Assembly (NCBI GenBank): GCA_022813965.1
Contig: JALDZS010000199.1
Location: 1 to 41,452 of the forward strand
DNA length: 41,452 nt
Reading direction: 5' to 3'
Source: Toensbergia leucococca
Taxonomy: Eukaryota
Each line of letters starts with the position of its first letter. Positions within the stretch are counted from its first letter, which is position 1. The notes under the pieces were generated by a model. It was not told the origin of the DNA. It saw only the letters and a list, made by a program, of their open reading frames with translations, and did no database searches. This document shows positions 12,015 to 23,034 of this stretch, one piece after another. The position numbers and the translations under genes were made by a program.

Positions 12015-12661
12015 TGGGTACGTGACATGGGAGGCCTCAAACCATCCTATCGGGAGGCGGTAGGTGTGACGGGTTCTCCCCCATGTGCGGTGTAAATTGT
12101 AACTAGTTGGTTGCAAAAAAATGTCGTCTTGGGAACTTGGGAAGGACTCATTGGCAAATACATACACGTCCTAGATGGGAGCTTGTAGGTGTCGTACAAT
12201 CTGGTATATAAGATCAATTCGGAGCCATGTCCTAGAGCCTAGTAAATAGTATCAGTGTGGAAGCATAAATCACCTTCGCCACCGACCCTCTTGGCACATC
12301 CTCCATCTACCTTCCCTCCTTCAACTCATAAACTCAACCCCCACTCAACTCAGAGCAGTGGAACAAAAAATAGATCCACAAAAAACACACACTACCATTC
12401 AACCCCTCTCACAATCATAATCTACCCTCCTATTCTTTTCCACCCACTTGCATACCATTTGATCACTATCTCCAAACCACTCACAATATCAAAGTTTCCT
12501 TGTTCAAACAGAATACGAAGAAAGATATCATATTCTCTTCGTCCATGGTCTAATTTTCCTATCCAGAATTGAAAAACAAAACCCGTAACACTAAAAAAGG
12601 CCCCCCTCCGTAGCAACCTCCACATCCCAAAGCCTTATCTTCGAGCCTTCTTGGACCCCCT

Positions 12662-14242
12662 TCACCCCATCATCTGACTCTTCCGCCTGATGTCTCGTCG
12701 TTCTTTCCCGAAGCCTGAAACAATCGTCCAACCAGCATCGACGAGGTCATCAACAGCGTCAGCAAAGCACAAAAGCCTCCCCGATGTATCATTCTTCAGC
12801 TGCAAGTCCGACCAATGCATGAAGCCACTGATCTCGCCCTTCTGCAGCGTAGCTTCACCATCTGCCTTTCTCAATCTCACAAGAGCGGATCCGCATACTC
12901 CGGCGCGGATTCTGGGCTCGTGATGGATTTCCGAAAGTGAGCCGGTGGCGTAGATACCCTGCCTGAGGCTGATTGATGCGCCTGCGCCTGCGCCGATGGT
13001 GGCGGGAGGGTGCTCTTTGTCGTCGTTGAGCATTACCTCCTTTGCATGGTTTTCGATCCCTATCCGCAATCCCTGGCACCGGAGTCTTTGCCTACGGGTA
13101 ACAAAACTGTCGATGAAGAATTCGTCATTGAATTTGATGTCCCGGGAGCTCAATAGGACCTTCGCCGTTGTGGGAATGTCGAGGAAGCGGTTGTGGAATA
13201 TGATGTCGTTCTTCAGCTGTGCTAAACCAATGTCAGTGGTTCCAGTACGCTCGCACACATACCCAACGGGGGTTTCCGCTTGAGTGACGGAAAAGTGGGT
13301 TTCATCTCCAGAAATTTCGGAGATGGTTTCGCATTCCTTGTCCCAGCTAGGGAAACCCACTGTCAGGCGAGTTTCAAGACCCTTTGTGACCGCGATGCCA
13401 GCTGTACGCTGATTACCTGATCTCACTCGAAGCATAGTCCCGGGGAAAAAGCAGCCTTGAGACTTTACATAATCCGAGTCATCCTTTTGCACGTCAGATA
13501 GCTTTTGAAGCTCAAGTGCTTTTATTCGCTCGAGCTCTGTTGCCACTAACGGCCCGTTGACAAAACTCAGAGCGACTCCAACGTTTTGAAATCCATTTGG
13601 CAGCTTCTCGAGACGGTTGTACCACGTATCCTCATCTTCCGTTGCGTACTCAACAATCATGCTGTGGGAGATGTACGATATGAATGAGGCGTCCGGGAAG
13701 TATCGTGTTGCAACACGAAGCAAAGTGCTATCTTTAGGGATGGAGAAAGATCGGAGGTCAGCAGCTAATTCTTGTTCAATTACAATATCGTCGCATTCAC
13801 CAAAGTCGCCGATTGAGACATCTCCAGGTACGGCGTCATCTTCATTCAACCATACAGCGATGCAGCCAGCGATAGACAAAGGTCGCTTCTCTTGCGGAGG
13901 AATACCATCTCTGCAGAAGAGAATCAAGTACGGAAATGATACCTGTATTTCAAAGATTCGATAATTTTTTGATAGGTAGGTGAGAAGTGCCGTCGTGTGC
14001 TCTTTGCTAATGTTTTCCATAGTCTGGTGCTCAGTATTCCAGAAGGAAAATTCGTCAAAGTCGAGTGAGGCTGTTGCTATGTCACCTTCTGGCTGGGTAA
14101 TCACCATCTCAGCGTGAGTGCGAGGTTTGGGGGTTGGTAGGCGAGACTTGATGGGACTGAAGGACGGTCTTTTTTGGCGACGTCTCTTGACTGGAGTAAG
14201 AAAATTGACATGATCATGGAGCTGTGGTGTGGAGGAAGACAT
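12662..14242 (-). CDS. Intronless 526-aa hypothetical protein; C-terminal half has a trypsin-like peptidase motif layout
   Basis: Long uninterrupted ATG-initiated ORF with ordered motifs TAGIAV..RLTVGFPSW, TDIGLAQL, AGVCGSALV and ISGFMHW. The CDS is well supported; the fold call is an inference. Confidence 0.75.
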   Translation of the reverse strand: MSSSTPQLHDHVNFLTPVKRRRQKRPSFSPIKSRLPTPKPRTHAEMVITQPEGDIATASLDFDEFSFWNTEHQTMENISKEHTTALLTYLSKNYRIFEIQVSFPYLILFCRDGIPPQEKRPLSIAGCIAVWLNEDDAVPGDVSIGDFGECDDIVIEQELAADLRSFSIPKDSTLLRVATRYFPDASFISYISHSMIVEYATEDEDTWYNRLEKLPNGFQNVGVALSFVNGPLVATELERIKALELQKLSDVQKDDSDYVKSQGCFFPGTMLRVRSGNQRTAGIAVTKGLETRLTVGFPSWDKECETISEISGDETHFSVTQAETPVGYVCERTGTTDIGLAQLKNDIIFHNRFLDIPTTAKVLLSSRDIKFNDEFFIDSFVTRRQRLRCQGLRIGIENHAKEVMLNDDKEHPPATIGAGAGASISLRQGIYATGSLSEIHHEPRIRAGVCGSALVRLRKADGEATLQKGEISGFMHWSDLQLKNDTSGRLLCFADAVDDLVDAGWTIVSGFGKERRDIRRKSQMMG

Positions 14243-16054
14243 TCGGGACTTTCTGAACGTTCTGTTAGCTGACAGTAATGGAGATGATCTCGCAAGTCAA
14301 GTCTTGACTCGTTTGAATGGGAAGCTTGGGTGAGGTGCATCCAAGTTCGAGTTCTATATGTGATGATGTCTTTGTTATATATCCTCCCAAAAGAATTGGC
14401 TTTAGTAATCGTGCGAAACCTTGAGCTAAGTTTACCCTTTTCTTTAACTTTATCGTATACCTATCTTTTTCCTTTTTGTTCTTCTTTAGGTTACTCAGTC
14501 TCTTGAGATATATATATAGGCTGAAGCTAAATTTAATGGCTCATGAGACTTGAGGTGCGAGGCTGAACCTTTCAATAAGAGACTAGATAGGTAAGGTACG
14601 TAGAGGAGGGACTTGCAAATTTAGATCGGGGCCCAGAGTGAATGAATGTAGAAATGGAAGCACTGAAAGATGCTTTGACGCCAGTGTAACCATGAGTGAG
14701 AAACTGTCTTCTTGGTACCAAGAAATGCTAATGAGTATACCTTGAGATGACCAAATGCAAATATGTTGTACGATTTTATCGCAACAATTATCAGTTAAAT
14801 CCCCTTTGTAGTTGTAGAGATGGAAAGAAAGATACACAAGTGGCCATAAAAGGGAAATGATACAGCCATAACCACAAGGTTACTTTAAAGTTGATGCTTG
14901 ATGTTGAGACCCGAGGAATTGTCGGTTTAAAAAGATCATTGGAAAAGACAGCCTGGACCGAAATTTATAAATACGGTAAACTTCAAGCCATGGCGACTTA
15001 CGAAAGATCCAAGGCCAGTCGTACTCGACCCCAATATTCAGACCATGCTCTACTACTTCCAACAAGGTGATGTTCATACTCTTCAAGATTCTTCAAGGCC
15101 GGACAAAAATCACTGATCACAAGGAACACAACTTGAGTGAATACCGCGTTGAAAAATATCAAGACCTGGATGACCTGAACCTTTGCTCCTTTTTAATTCG
15201 AGACAACAAGGTAGATGTAGATGGAAAGCCTTATCAAGAACAGTTTCACTCCATGAACGTAAGCAGAACTAAAATAGCACAAAAACAATATCAAAAATAA
15301 CACTGCAAGCAGGCAATGATCTTGAAAAGTCCAATATCATCAAACGAGCGCTCTCGGAACCAGCCCACTATCAAGTAAAGTCAGAACAGTAATGAAGAAG
15401 CACAAATGCCACTTTTCACCTTCTATCAATATCAGCGATCAGGCGGTAGGAAACCTGCCGATTAATAAAACAAGCCACAGCAGAGCGCCAAGTATCTGAC
15501 GAGTTGTAATACCGTAACCAACAAATACTCGTTCAAAGCATGTTCTTCATCTCACCCCTGTAAAAGAACAAGATAGTCTCTCTCAGGAAATAAAGAGGGC
15601 CGAGTAAGCATGTGATTGACAATGTTCTCTACGGCACTTTTTGAAAAACCACGAAAAAAACCGCAAAAAAGTAGATAGAAAGCATAAAAGAAAAAACCAT
15701 ATTCATACTTCTGTGTGTACTGAGTATCATATATAGCTGATGCTTTCCAAGATGGCATTCGGGTATCCTTTTCTTTAGTCGTCATGTGCACTAAGACCGT
15801 CCATTTATTCATATAAGATTAAACATCTTCATACTTCAAAACAAGCTCGCGCCTTTGAAGCGGTCATGAGCCTGCATCGTCCCGGCTCTTACTCATAGCG
15901 TAAATACCCATCTTTGTACAATAAGCATTGAAAAGGTCGTCACGCCCTTTGAGTCAGGACTGTTGCTTCTTATTATACATAACAGAAATCTCATCAGACC
16001 AAGACAAGCGCTCTGATATGCAGCTTGTATCTTTCCGACGACCGATAAACCGCT

Positions 16055-17293
16055 TCAGTAGAATAGTTTGAAAATCCAGTAGTATGTGTAGACAATGATG
16101 CTGATCAACCTAGCCATAATACGGCCGCTCTCATCGGTAATGGCTCGAACAACGTAGCGTTCAATAACTGTCCTTGGAGCGCCTTTGGTGAAAAACATGT
16201 CCTCCATGTTTGAGTACGTGATCCCTTGCCACTTCGCTGCTCTCTTGAACATTTCTTCTTCGAATACCCTCACATTTTCGATTAGAGCATCCTTTTTCCC
16301 TGTACTCTGTGCCTTGATGATGGCATGCGCCAGGTTCATCGCATCCTCGAGCGCGAGATTGACACCTTCACCAGCAAATGGGGTCATCAAGTGAGCAGCA
16401 TCTCCGATGAGTGTAATACCGGGTCTATTGTTCCATCGATGACCTATGGGTAGCATGTAAAGAGATCTTACCCACGCGCTGTCATCATCGACCACTTGGG
16501 TCATTTGCAAGAGTTCCGGTGCCCAGCCTTGACATTCCTTGGCAATTGCTGACTTTACTGCTGTGATATCCCGAGTGTCGTAGCCACATTGATCCTTCCA
16601 GTCTTCCCCCCTGACGCTCAAGTCATAGACTGAGAGACTTCCATCTCCCATTTGCTGACTCATAATCGAGCGGCCGTCGGAGAATGCAAAGAGTGTGCCA
16701 TGATTTACAAGCTTGTGGAGGTCTGGATAACGCTGTTCAACGTTTGGTATTATAAATGCCACGCCACTGATTCCAGAGTAGATGGGCGTCTCCTCAGTCA
16801 AGAGAGGCCGGACTTTACTCCATGCACCGTCAGCACCTATGACTAGGTCGAACCCCCTCTCAACGCCGTGGTCAAAATAAAGGGAAAGGTCTTCGCTGAC
16901 GCGTCGCAGGCGGTGGCCCCATCGGATAAGACCTTGGGGCAAGGAGTTGAACAGCATTGAGCGCAGTTGAGGACGGTCAATCTCGGGTCGGCCACGAGAC
17001 GTGCTTTTGGTAGATCCACCCAGCTTTATGTAACTCTTGAGATTCTTGTCCGTAACAGAGAATGCTTCGGCGTCGAAGCGAGCATATCGTAGGAACTCAT
17101 CGTAGAGGCCTGCCTCACGCAAAGCAGCAAGGCCAGTGGGCTCATGCAAGTCCAAGGTTCCGCCTTGAGCGCGAGTATTGGGCGATGCTTCACCCTCAAA
17201 AATGGTGACCTGGATATCAGAGCGGACAAGGAGTCGAGCGAGCATGCAGCCCGCAGGACCAGCGCCTATAATGGCGATATTAAAAGCAGTCAT
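16055..17293 (-). CDS. FAD-dependent monooxygenase (group A, TetX-like)
   Basis: Motifs IAIIGAGPAG, QGGTLDLH, RPEIDR, DLVIGADG and TLIGDAAHLMTPFAGEGVN. Intronless, 412 aa, with a hydrophobic C-terminal tail. Confidence 0.92.
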   Translation of the reverse strand: MTAFNIAIIGAGPAGCMLARLLVRSDIQVTIFEGEASPNTRAQGGTLDLHEPTGLAALREAGLYDEFLRYARFDAEAFSVTDKNLKSYIKLGGSTKSTSRGRPEIDRPQLRSMLFNSLPQGLIRWGHRLRRVSEDLSLYFDHGVERGFDLVIGADGAWSKVRPLLTEETPIYSGISGVAFIIPNVEQRYPDLHKLVNHGTLFAFSDGRSIMSQQMGDGSLSVYDLSVRGEDWKDQCGYDTRDITAVKSAIAKECQGWAPELLQMTQVVDDDSAWVRSLYMLPIGHRWNNRPGITLIGDAAHLMTPFAGEGVNLALEDAMNLAHAIIKAQSTGKKDALIENVRVFEEEMFKRAAKWQGITYSNMEDMFFTKGAPRTVIERYVVRAITDESGRIMARLISIIVYTYYWIFKLFY

Positions 17294-17385
17294 GTCGCGG
17301 TCAACGACAGTCGAAAAGAATCTACGGATAGCACCAAGCCTACTGACGTGTTGAATTGGATAACAATCGTAATTCTATCGAACGC

Positions 17386-17421
17386 ACGGAGTACGGAGGA
17401 TCGTATTTACCCGTACTCCGT
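17386..17421. promoter_or_regulatory. Perfect 11-bp inverted repeat with CGG triplets between the divergent monooxygenase and CENP-B-like genes
   Basis: ACGGAGTACGG (17386-17396), a 14-nt spacer, then CCGTACTCCGT (17411-17421). It lies about 90-130 bp upstream of the monooxygenase ATG. The regulatory role is inferred. Confidence 0.45.
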
Positions 17422-17718
17422 AGCTCCGCATGAGCTGGCACGCTTATTCTATCACGTGCTCACTCCTAGATGCGATCTTCAACCCAACCACCGTCCCAAA
17501 TACTCTACGAGTACACCACACAAACCACATCTTGTCTTGGAGATATGTTACGAGTAATTTTTTTGACCTAGTAGGAACGATCTAACTGACGGTCTACAGA
17601 ATTACTTATGTTTAGGCACGGATCAATGATCCTCCGGGCGATCTACTGCCATAAACACAACACCACATTCCCAACACATCATCAAAATATCTCTTTACTA
17701 TTCCACTATTCAGTATCC

Positions 17719-18279
17719 ATGTCTCCACCAAATGAAAAGGAAGTGCCTAAACATGTACGCCTGGGCCTTGCAATTGACGAGTATCAGAAGGCATATGCAG
17801 CCCACCTGTCCGACCCTCAGAAAAAGAAGCCAGCCATCAAACCAATAGCAATGAGTTATGGCTTGATTCCTTCAACCCTTGGACGACGAATTGCTGGCAA
17901 GACTCACACGCATCAAGAAGCACACGAAGACAAGCAGCGACTAAGTCCTCTGGAGGAGCAAGCTCTCAAGTCCAGGATCCTGCAGCTGACAGAGCGGGGA
18001 TCATCTCTGAGAGTCAGCCAAGTCCGACAAATGGCTGGCGAGATACTAGTAGAGAAAGGAGACCATAAGAAATTGGGTATTAATTGGGTTTACAAGTTTC
18101 TTGAACGCCATTCCGAGTTGAGTAGTCGATTCAGTCAGTCATTAGATAAAGCAGCACCTCCTACGTCAGACCCACAAACACCACTAGTGCTCGCTCCCTC
18201 ACAGCAGCGGCGAGGTGCAAGACATAAAATCACTGCATCACTTTTGGGCGAAGGCCCTGGGACGAGCAATGGTGAGTGA
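17719..18279 (+). CDS. pogo/Fot1-type transposase DNA-binding region (psq-like HTH plus CENP-B HTH) without a DDE domain; may splice to downstream exons
   Basis: IAMSYGLIPSTLGRRIAG..EAHEDKQRLSPLEEQAL..VRQMAGEIL..LGINWVYKFLERHSELSSRFSQSLD matches the N-terminus of fungal Fot1/pogo transposases. The likely start is ATG 17719 (the ORF is open from 17608). Donor GTGAGT at 18272 and acceptor CAG at 18358 would continue the frame. Confidence 0.8.
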   Translation: MSPPNEKEVPKHVRLGLAIDEYQKAYAAHLSDPQKKKPAIKPIAMSYGLIPSTLGRRIAGKTHTHQEAHEDKQRLSPLEEQALKSRILQLTERGSSLRVSQVRQMAGEILVEKGDHKKLGINWVYKFLERHSELSSRFSQSLDKAAPPTSDPQTPLVLAPSQQRRGARHKITASLLGEGPGTSNGE

Positions 18280-21200
18280 GAGGGAAAGAGGAGGGAATAC
18301 GAGTATAGATTGGTGATGATGATGATGATGGTTGTTGGGTGGGATTTTGCTCGCACAGACGAAGCAAGCGCCAGCCAGTTTTACAAACATCGGTTCTTTC
18401 CTAGTGTAATCGAAATGCGGCCTTCAAAGGGTATTAGTGGCACAACGATGACTCCCATTATCGTATGTCAAACTACACTCACGCATTGTGGTATGAACGC
18501 ACCCCGGGTCGGTCTTTGCGTACCCTTTTTGTCAAGTTACGTAAGCGTCGCTCTCAAAGCGGTGAGGTGTTTCAAGAGGTAGGGGACCGGGGATTCTATT
18601 CAATGAGGCGATGAATTCAATCAAAATTCTGGAAGGAGGTTCCGAGAAGAGTACTAGGTTTCTAAAGGCTATGGCTATCTTACTATGCTAGACAGGCTCT
18701 GCTAGGGTAGCGGTAGGGTAAACGTGGGATGGTGGATATTGGTGAATCCTTTGATAGGGGGACGTTTGCTGGCTGGCTAGAAGAGACATCGACTGCTCTA
18801 CTAAGGGAATTCTATAGTCTCCGAGTTGATCTGCAGCAATATCAACAACGAATCTCTCCGCCCATGCTTATACCCTTGGCCCTCAGCGCTCTTCGAAGGA
18901 AAGGCGTCGCTCGCCTCGAGAACGACACGTTGGAAACAGCGATTTGCTCGTGTTGCGACCGGGGCGAGGGCAATTTCGTTCTGTGGGAACAGACGAGCAG
19001 AGGATGCTACAGGTGAAGACTGATACTTCTCTAGGGCAGGAAAAGGCGCGAGGAGGCAGTAGGCACATCCGTGTGGGCCTTGTCTTTTAGAGGGAGGGAA
19101 AGTGCCGATGCTGTTGCCAAGAGAATGTGAATTCCATACAGCAAAATCGCTTCACATGTGATCCCGAATGACAACTGAAATCACGCTCTGCACAAAGCGG
19201 GGTGAGCGAAAGGCACATGTGTTCAAATTCAAAGCTGGATGCGAAGGATTCGAAGTATAAGTCACCGCGATGAGGGATATTAGGAACCAAACAGGTCTTA
19301 TGGTGCAGTATGTGAGATCACATCCCTCGAGATCCTTCAATCATCCAATTGACGTTCTTCTAGATTGGTTAGCGCATCCGGCTGTTAACATGCCCATCGG
19401 GAGGTTGGAAGATCGAGACTTCCTAGGACCGAATTCTTTTTTGGTCTGTTTCTATTTAAATGTGGTCGGCTGGTTGGGTCAGGTCTTTTCATTAAGTGAA
19501 GAAAAGGAGCAGTTGGGATGCTTTTTTACCTGGCTTTTCGATATAGAGAAGAGCGAAAGAATCGATTTCATTCCTTGAAAAACTCCTGGTCCTCGAGAGC
19601 AAAGTCATCTGTCTTCGAATTCCTTCCAAACCGTCCCTACCACAGCCACATGTTCTTCGCTTCACCCAGAAAAGGTGCTCAAATCCAGTACCAACGTCCA
19701 AATCTACCGCACCATATTTTCCCCCCAAATCTCATCTTCCATCAAAACCCCAGCTTCCAAAGACAAGCCCTCAAAGCCCCCTCAAGCAGACTGCATACTC
19801 TCTAGGTACACCCATCGCAACAAACCACCAAAAAACGCCCAAACGAGCATATCAGAACCCCCAGCTCCCAACTCACCCACAAATATGCATCCCAAGACCT
19901 CCAGATAGAGACCACTATAGCATAAATACACTCCAGAAGACAGAGGCGCAAAGCTATGAGATCATCTCAAACCGGTACGCGTCTGATTGGTCAATGGCAA
20001 TGAGACCGCCTATGCAAATTCAAGGGGGGAGATTTTGAGCTTTGAAGGAGTGCGCTGGGCGGAAAAAGATGCTGGAGAGATGAGGGCATGTCTTGCAGTC
20101 AATACTACCTAGCCACGAACACGAGTATCAAAAGGTTGAAAAAAACTCGATTTTGGACTGACAGGATGCAAGTATCAATTGAAAACTTAATTATCCACAT
20201 TCATGAGACCTCACTCTTACCCAAAAAAAATAATATTCTCACAAATAAAAACCCCCCCACATCTTACAATTCCATGCTTCTATAATCTTCTCTCCAACAA
20301 AAAAACGGGGTCATAAGGAATTGCAAAAGCTGGCGGGAAAATCGCCACCGCGTTGTTTGGACCACAGGAATGAGGCGAGCACGGTGCATTTAGATAGATG
20401 AATACCAGACTACGAGCCTGAAAACGAATCCATTGGAGAGAAAAGTAATATGATTTTACAATAAATGAATGAATGCGGCTAAGTAGATCTTTTTGCAAAG
20501 AAGGCTCACGCAATCTCGTAAAAGACTAAGGTACTATTACAACAATGACAGCGTGACCCAACTACCCAGCCCGCACGATAAATGGCAGTTGAGGCTTGGC
20601 TCGACTCCGCAATGGCTCGCACGAGTAAGAAGACTACGTTCCCATTTGTTATGAACAGCTCGAAAAAAACACTATCTGCTATGGGCGCGTAGTTCGAGAG
20701 CGGTAGACTCGGTAGCTGGGGAGCCAGGTCTCAAGAACGGCAATGGGGGGCAAGCTTTAGGACTTTTCTGGATACTAGGGCTAGGGCCAGGGCCACGTAG
20801 ATTGTTGATGGCATGGGTGAGAAAAAGTTGAGGACGGCGTTGTGGGTAAATCTGTAGGAGAGGCGATTTAATTTGGGGTTAGGAGGTTCGAGAATTCGTG
20901 TAGCCTTTTTTTTGTAGTACACGTAAAGAAGGGGGCATTCTTTTCTTGTTGCTATTGTATGTTCTAACCTGAATTACGAGGCTTCCAGACCACAGCCAAG
21001 TCCCTCGATCGCAGGCCGTGCTATATGTCGCCAAACTTCTAGAATTTTCACGAAGCTCTAGAAGCTGACCTAGGCTTCTTGCCCGAGGAATTAGAAAATC
21101 CACTTGCGCATCGAGGGTGTGACACTTTTCCAAGTGGAAGCACGGCCTCAAGCGCGTTACCGAGTCGAACGACCGCGAAGCCAGATTTGGGCCACAACAA

Positions 21201-21533
21201 GACTTCTCCAAAGTCAGGTTGTCGGGGTTGTCCCTATGAAGCAGAGTCTAGATTTTGAAGGCATGAGTGCTTACGTACATCATGCCTCACCTGTTTCCCA
21301 CGCCAGTAAGTCGAAGAGTCCCTCTTACTCTCTTTGTTCGACATGAAGCAAGGCCGCTCGTCTATGGGAATTGTCTAGAGCGGTTTGATATCTATTGAGG
21401 GGAACCATCCAGGTATTTTGTAGATGCTACAGTCTTCGGAAGGAGGTTTCCTTGCCATTGGCTTCAATTCTGCAATATGATTCTGACGGGGCCTTCGTTG
21501 TCAGCTTCGTAGACTCAATTTTTGAGTCTGAAT

Positions 21534-22898
21534 TCATATTTTTTGTGCGTACGACATATGAGAACCATCTTCACCACCATCCCATCGAATACCCATTGAC
21601 GCCTCAATGTCCTCCAACCGTCGTTGGTACTCGCTCATCAATAACTCAGCCATTCCAGAGAATCGCCCTTTGATGCAATCCACGTGTCCAAGCAACAGCT
21701 CCCATGTATGTGGTTCAACATCTTCAGCCTGATACCCGCACTCGTGGAGAATTTCCCAAGCCCGCTCGGGATCACCAACACGAACAAACACCCGGGCAAA
21801 GAGGTTGACAATCTGTTTGGGGGCTCCAGGGCCTAGTGACCTCTCAGTATGTGCCCTAGTTTCCTGGAAGTGAATCCACTCATGACGAATAACGCTGGAC
21901 ATTGACGGATGCTGCAAGGCACGCAAATACCGTCGCCACCCATTAACTCTATTTTTGTCGATCACTGTGTACAGACTGGGAGCTCGGGTCTCTCCTGCTT
22001 GGCCTACCCCATTGTTCCTCCAGCCTGTAACGACCTGTAGCAGTTCCCGTGTGTGACGTAGATTCTTTGGCCCCTTGCTGAATTCTTCGCTGAGTTTCAA
22101 GGCGTTTGTGTAGCCCAAAGTGTTCCGACTATCCATATTCAATCCGCGAGGGTATGAGTCCAACAGGTGGAGATATCGCTTCACGGCCGACGCGGATCCT
22201 ACATCAACGGAAAGCCTCAAAGCCTCGGTAGCTACGGATTTGGAAGGCTTAAGACCCAAGCGTTGCATCCTTGAATTTATGGCATTCAAAACACGTAGCA
22301 TAGAAACATTGGAAAATCCGTAATTTGAAAGAGCAGCTTTGAAGCGATCAAGACTCGAGCATGGGAAGATCCGATAAGGAGTCGTCAGTAATTGCTGATG
22401 TATGACTAGTCTAAGTTTCTCCAGTTCTTTAGTGGACATATAACTAGGTGAGAGTCTATGGGCAGAAGCTAAAGGCGGCTGATCATTCGGCGAAGCCCCT
22501 CCAGCCTCATGGAGGAAATGTTTGAAAGTCATGATTTTTTCGTCAATTTTGTCAAGCCGCGGCACGGCCTTCTGCAGTTCGGATTCTCGAGCCGCACGAA
22601 TTTTTTCGAGGGATTTTTCGAGGTACTCGATGGAGAAATTGGTCCTCCGACGGTAAGCATCTCGAACACCTTGGGCTGGAGTTGAGATGTTCCGGAAAAG
22701 CGCATCCCTAATGAGCTGTGCGGATGATGGCGTGTTGCTTTCACTTTCCTCTGGGATATTCGAGGCAATTCGAGTAGACACCACTCTTCTGGGAATTATG
22801 AGAGATCTGACCGAGATATAAGAAGTAGGCTTGAATGAATTGATAAATCCAGCGCGCAGCATTGGAAGAAACCTCCAAACAATGATCGGTTTCAACAT
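21534..22898 (-). CDS. Hypothetical protein, probably mitochondrial
   Basis: Intronless ORF of about 450 aa. ATG at 22898 or 22862 is followed by an Arg/Ser-rich, acid-free presequence-like stretch (MLRAGFINSFKPTSYISVRSLIIPRRVVSTR). Confidence 0.75.
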   Translation of the reverse strand: MLKPIIVWRFLPMLRAGFINSFKPTSYISVRSLIIPRRVVSTRIASNIPEESESNTPSSAQLIRDALFRNISTPAQGVRDAYRRRTNFSIEYLEKSLEKIRAARESELQKAVPRLDKIDEKIMTFKHFLHEAGGASPNDQPPLASAHRLSPSYMSTKELEKLRLVIHQQLLTTPYRIFPCSSLDRFKAALSNYGFSNVSMLRVLNAINSRMQRLGLKPSKSVATEALRLSVDVGSASAVKRYLHLLDSYPRGLNMDSRNTLGYTNALKLSEEFSKGPKNLRHTRELLQVVTGWRNNGVGQAGETRAPSLYTVIDKNRVNGWRRYLRALQHPSMSSVIRHEWIHFQETRAHTERSLGPGAPKQIVNLFARVFVRVGDPERAWEILHECGYQAEDVEPHTWELLLGHVDCIKGRFSGMAELLMSEYQRRLEDIEASMGIRWDGGEDGSHMSYAQKI

Positions 22899-23034
22899 GT
22901 CGTCCGCATAGAGTATTTCACTCAAGCGCGTCGAGCGCTAGTCTAGTTAGGACGTAGCTTAGCCTATCGTAGAATACCTAAAACCTCCAATGGCCTGATT
23001 GCCGTTACTACAAATTAACAATACCGCTTCCATC

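Noticed and set aside
17608..18279. Intact autonomous Fot1/pogo transposon
   Set aside because: No DDE catalytic region follows, and I found no TIR/TA boundaries.
18311..18335. (GAT)n run giving a poly-Met ORF
   Set aside because: It is a short microsatellite inside the predicted intron 18272-18358.
20683..20760. tRNA-like start GGGCGCGTAGTTCGAGAGCGGTAGA
   Set aside because: There is no T-arm (GTTCRA) at the proper distance and no 3' acceptor strand complementary to GGGCGCG.
20731..21480. Short ORFs and splice-like signals downstream of the mitochondrial-type gene
   Set aside because: I could not build a coherent reading frame or a C/D-box RNA. It may be UTR or non-coding transcript.
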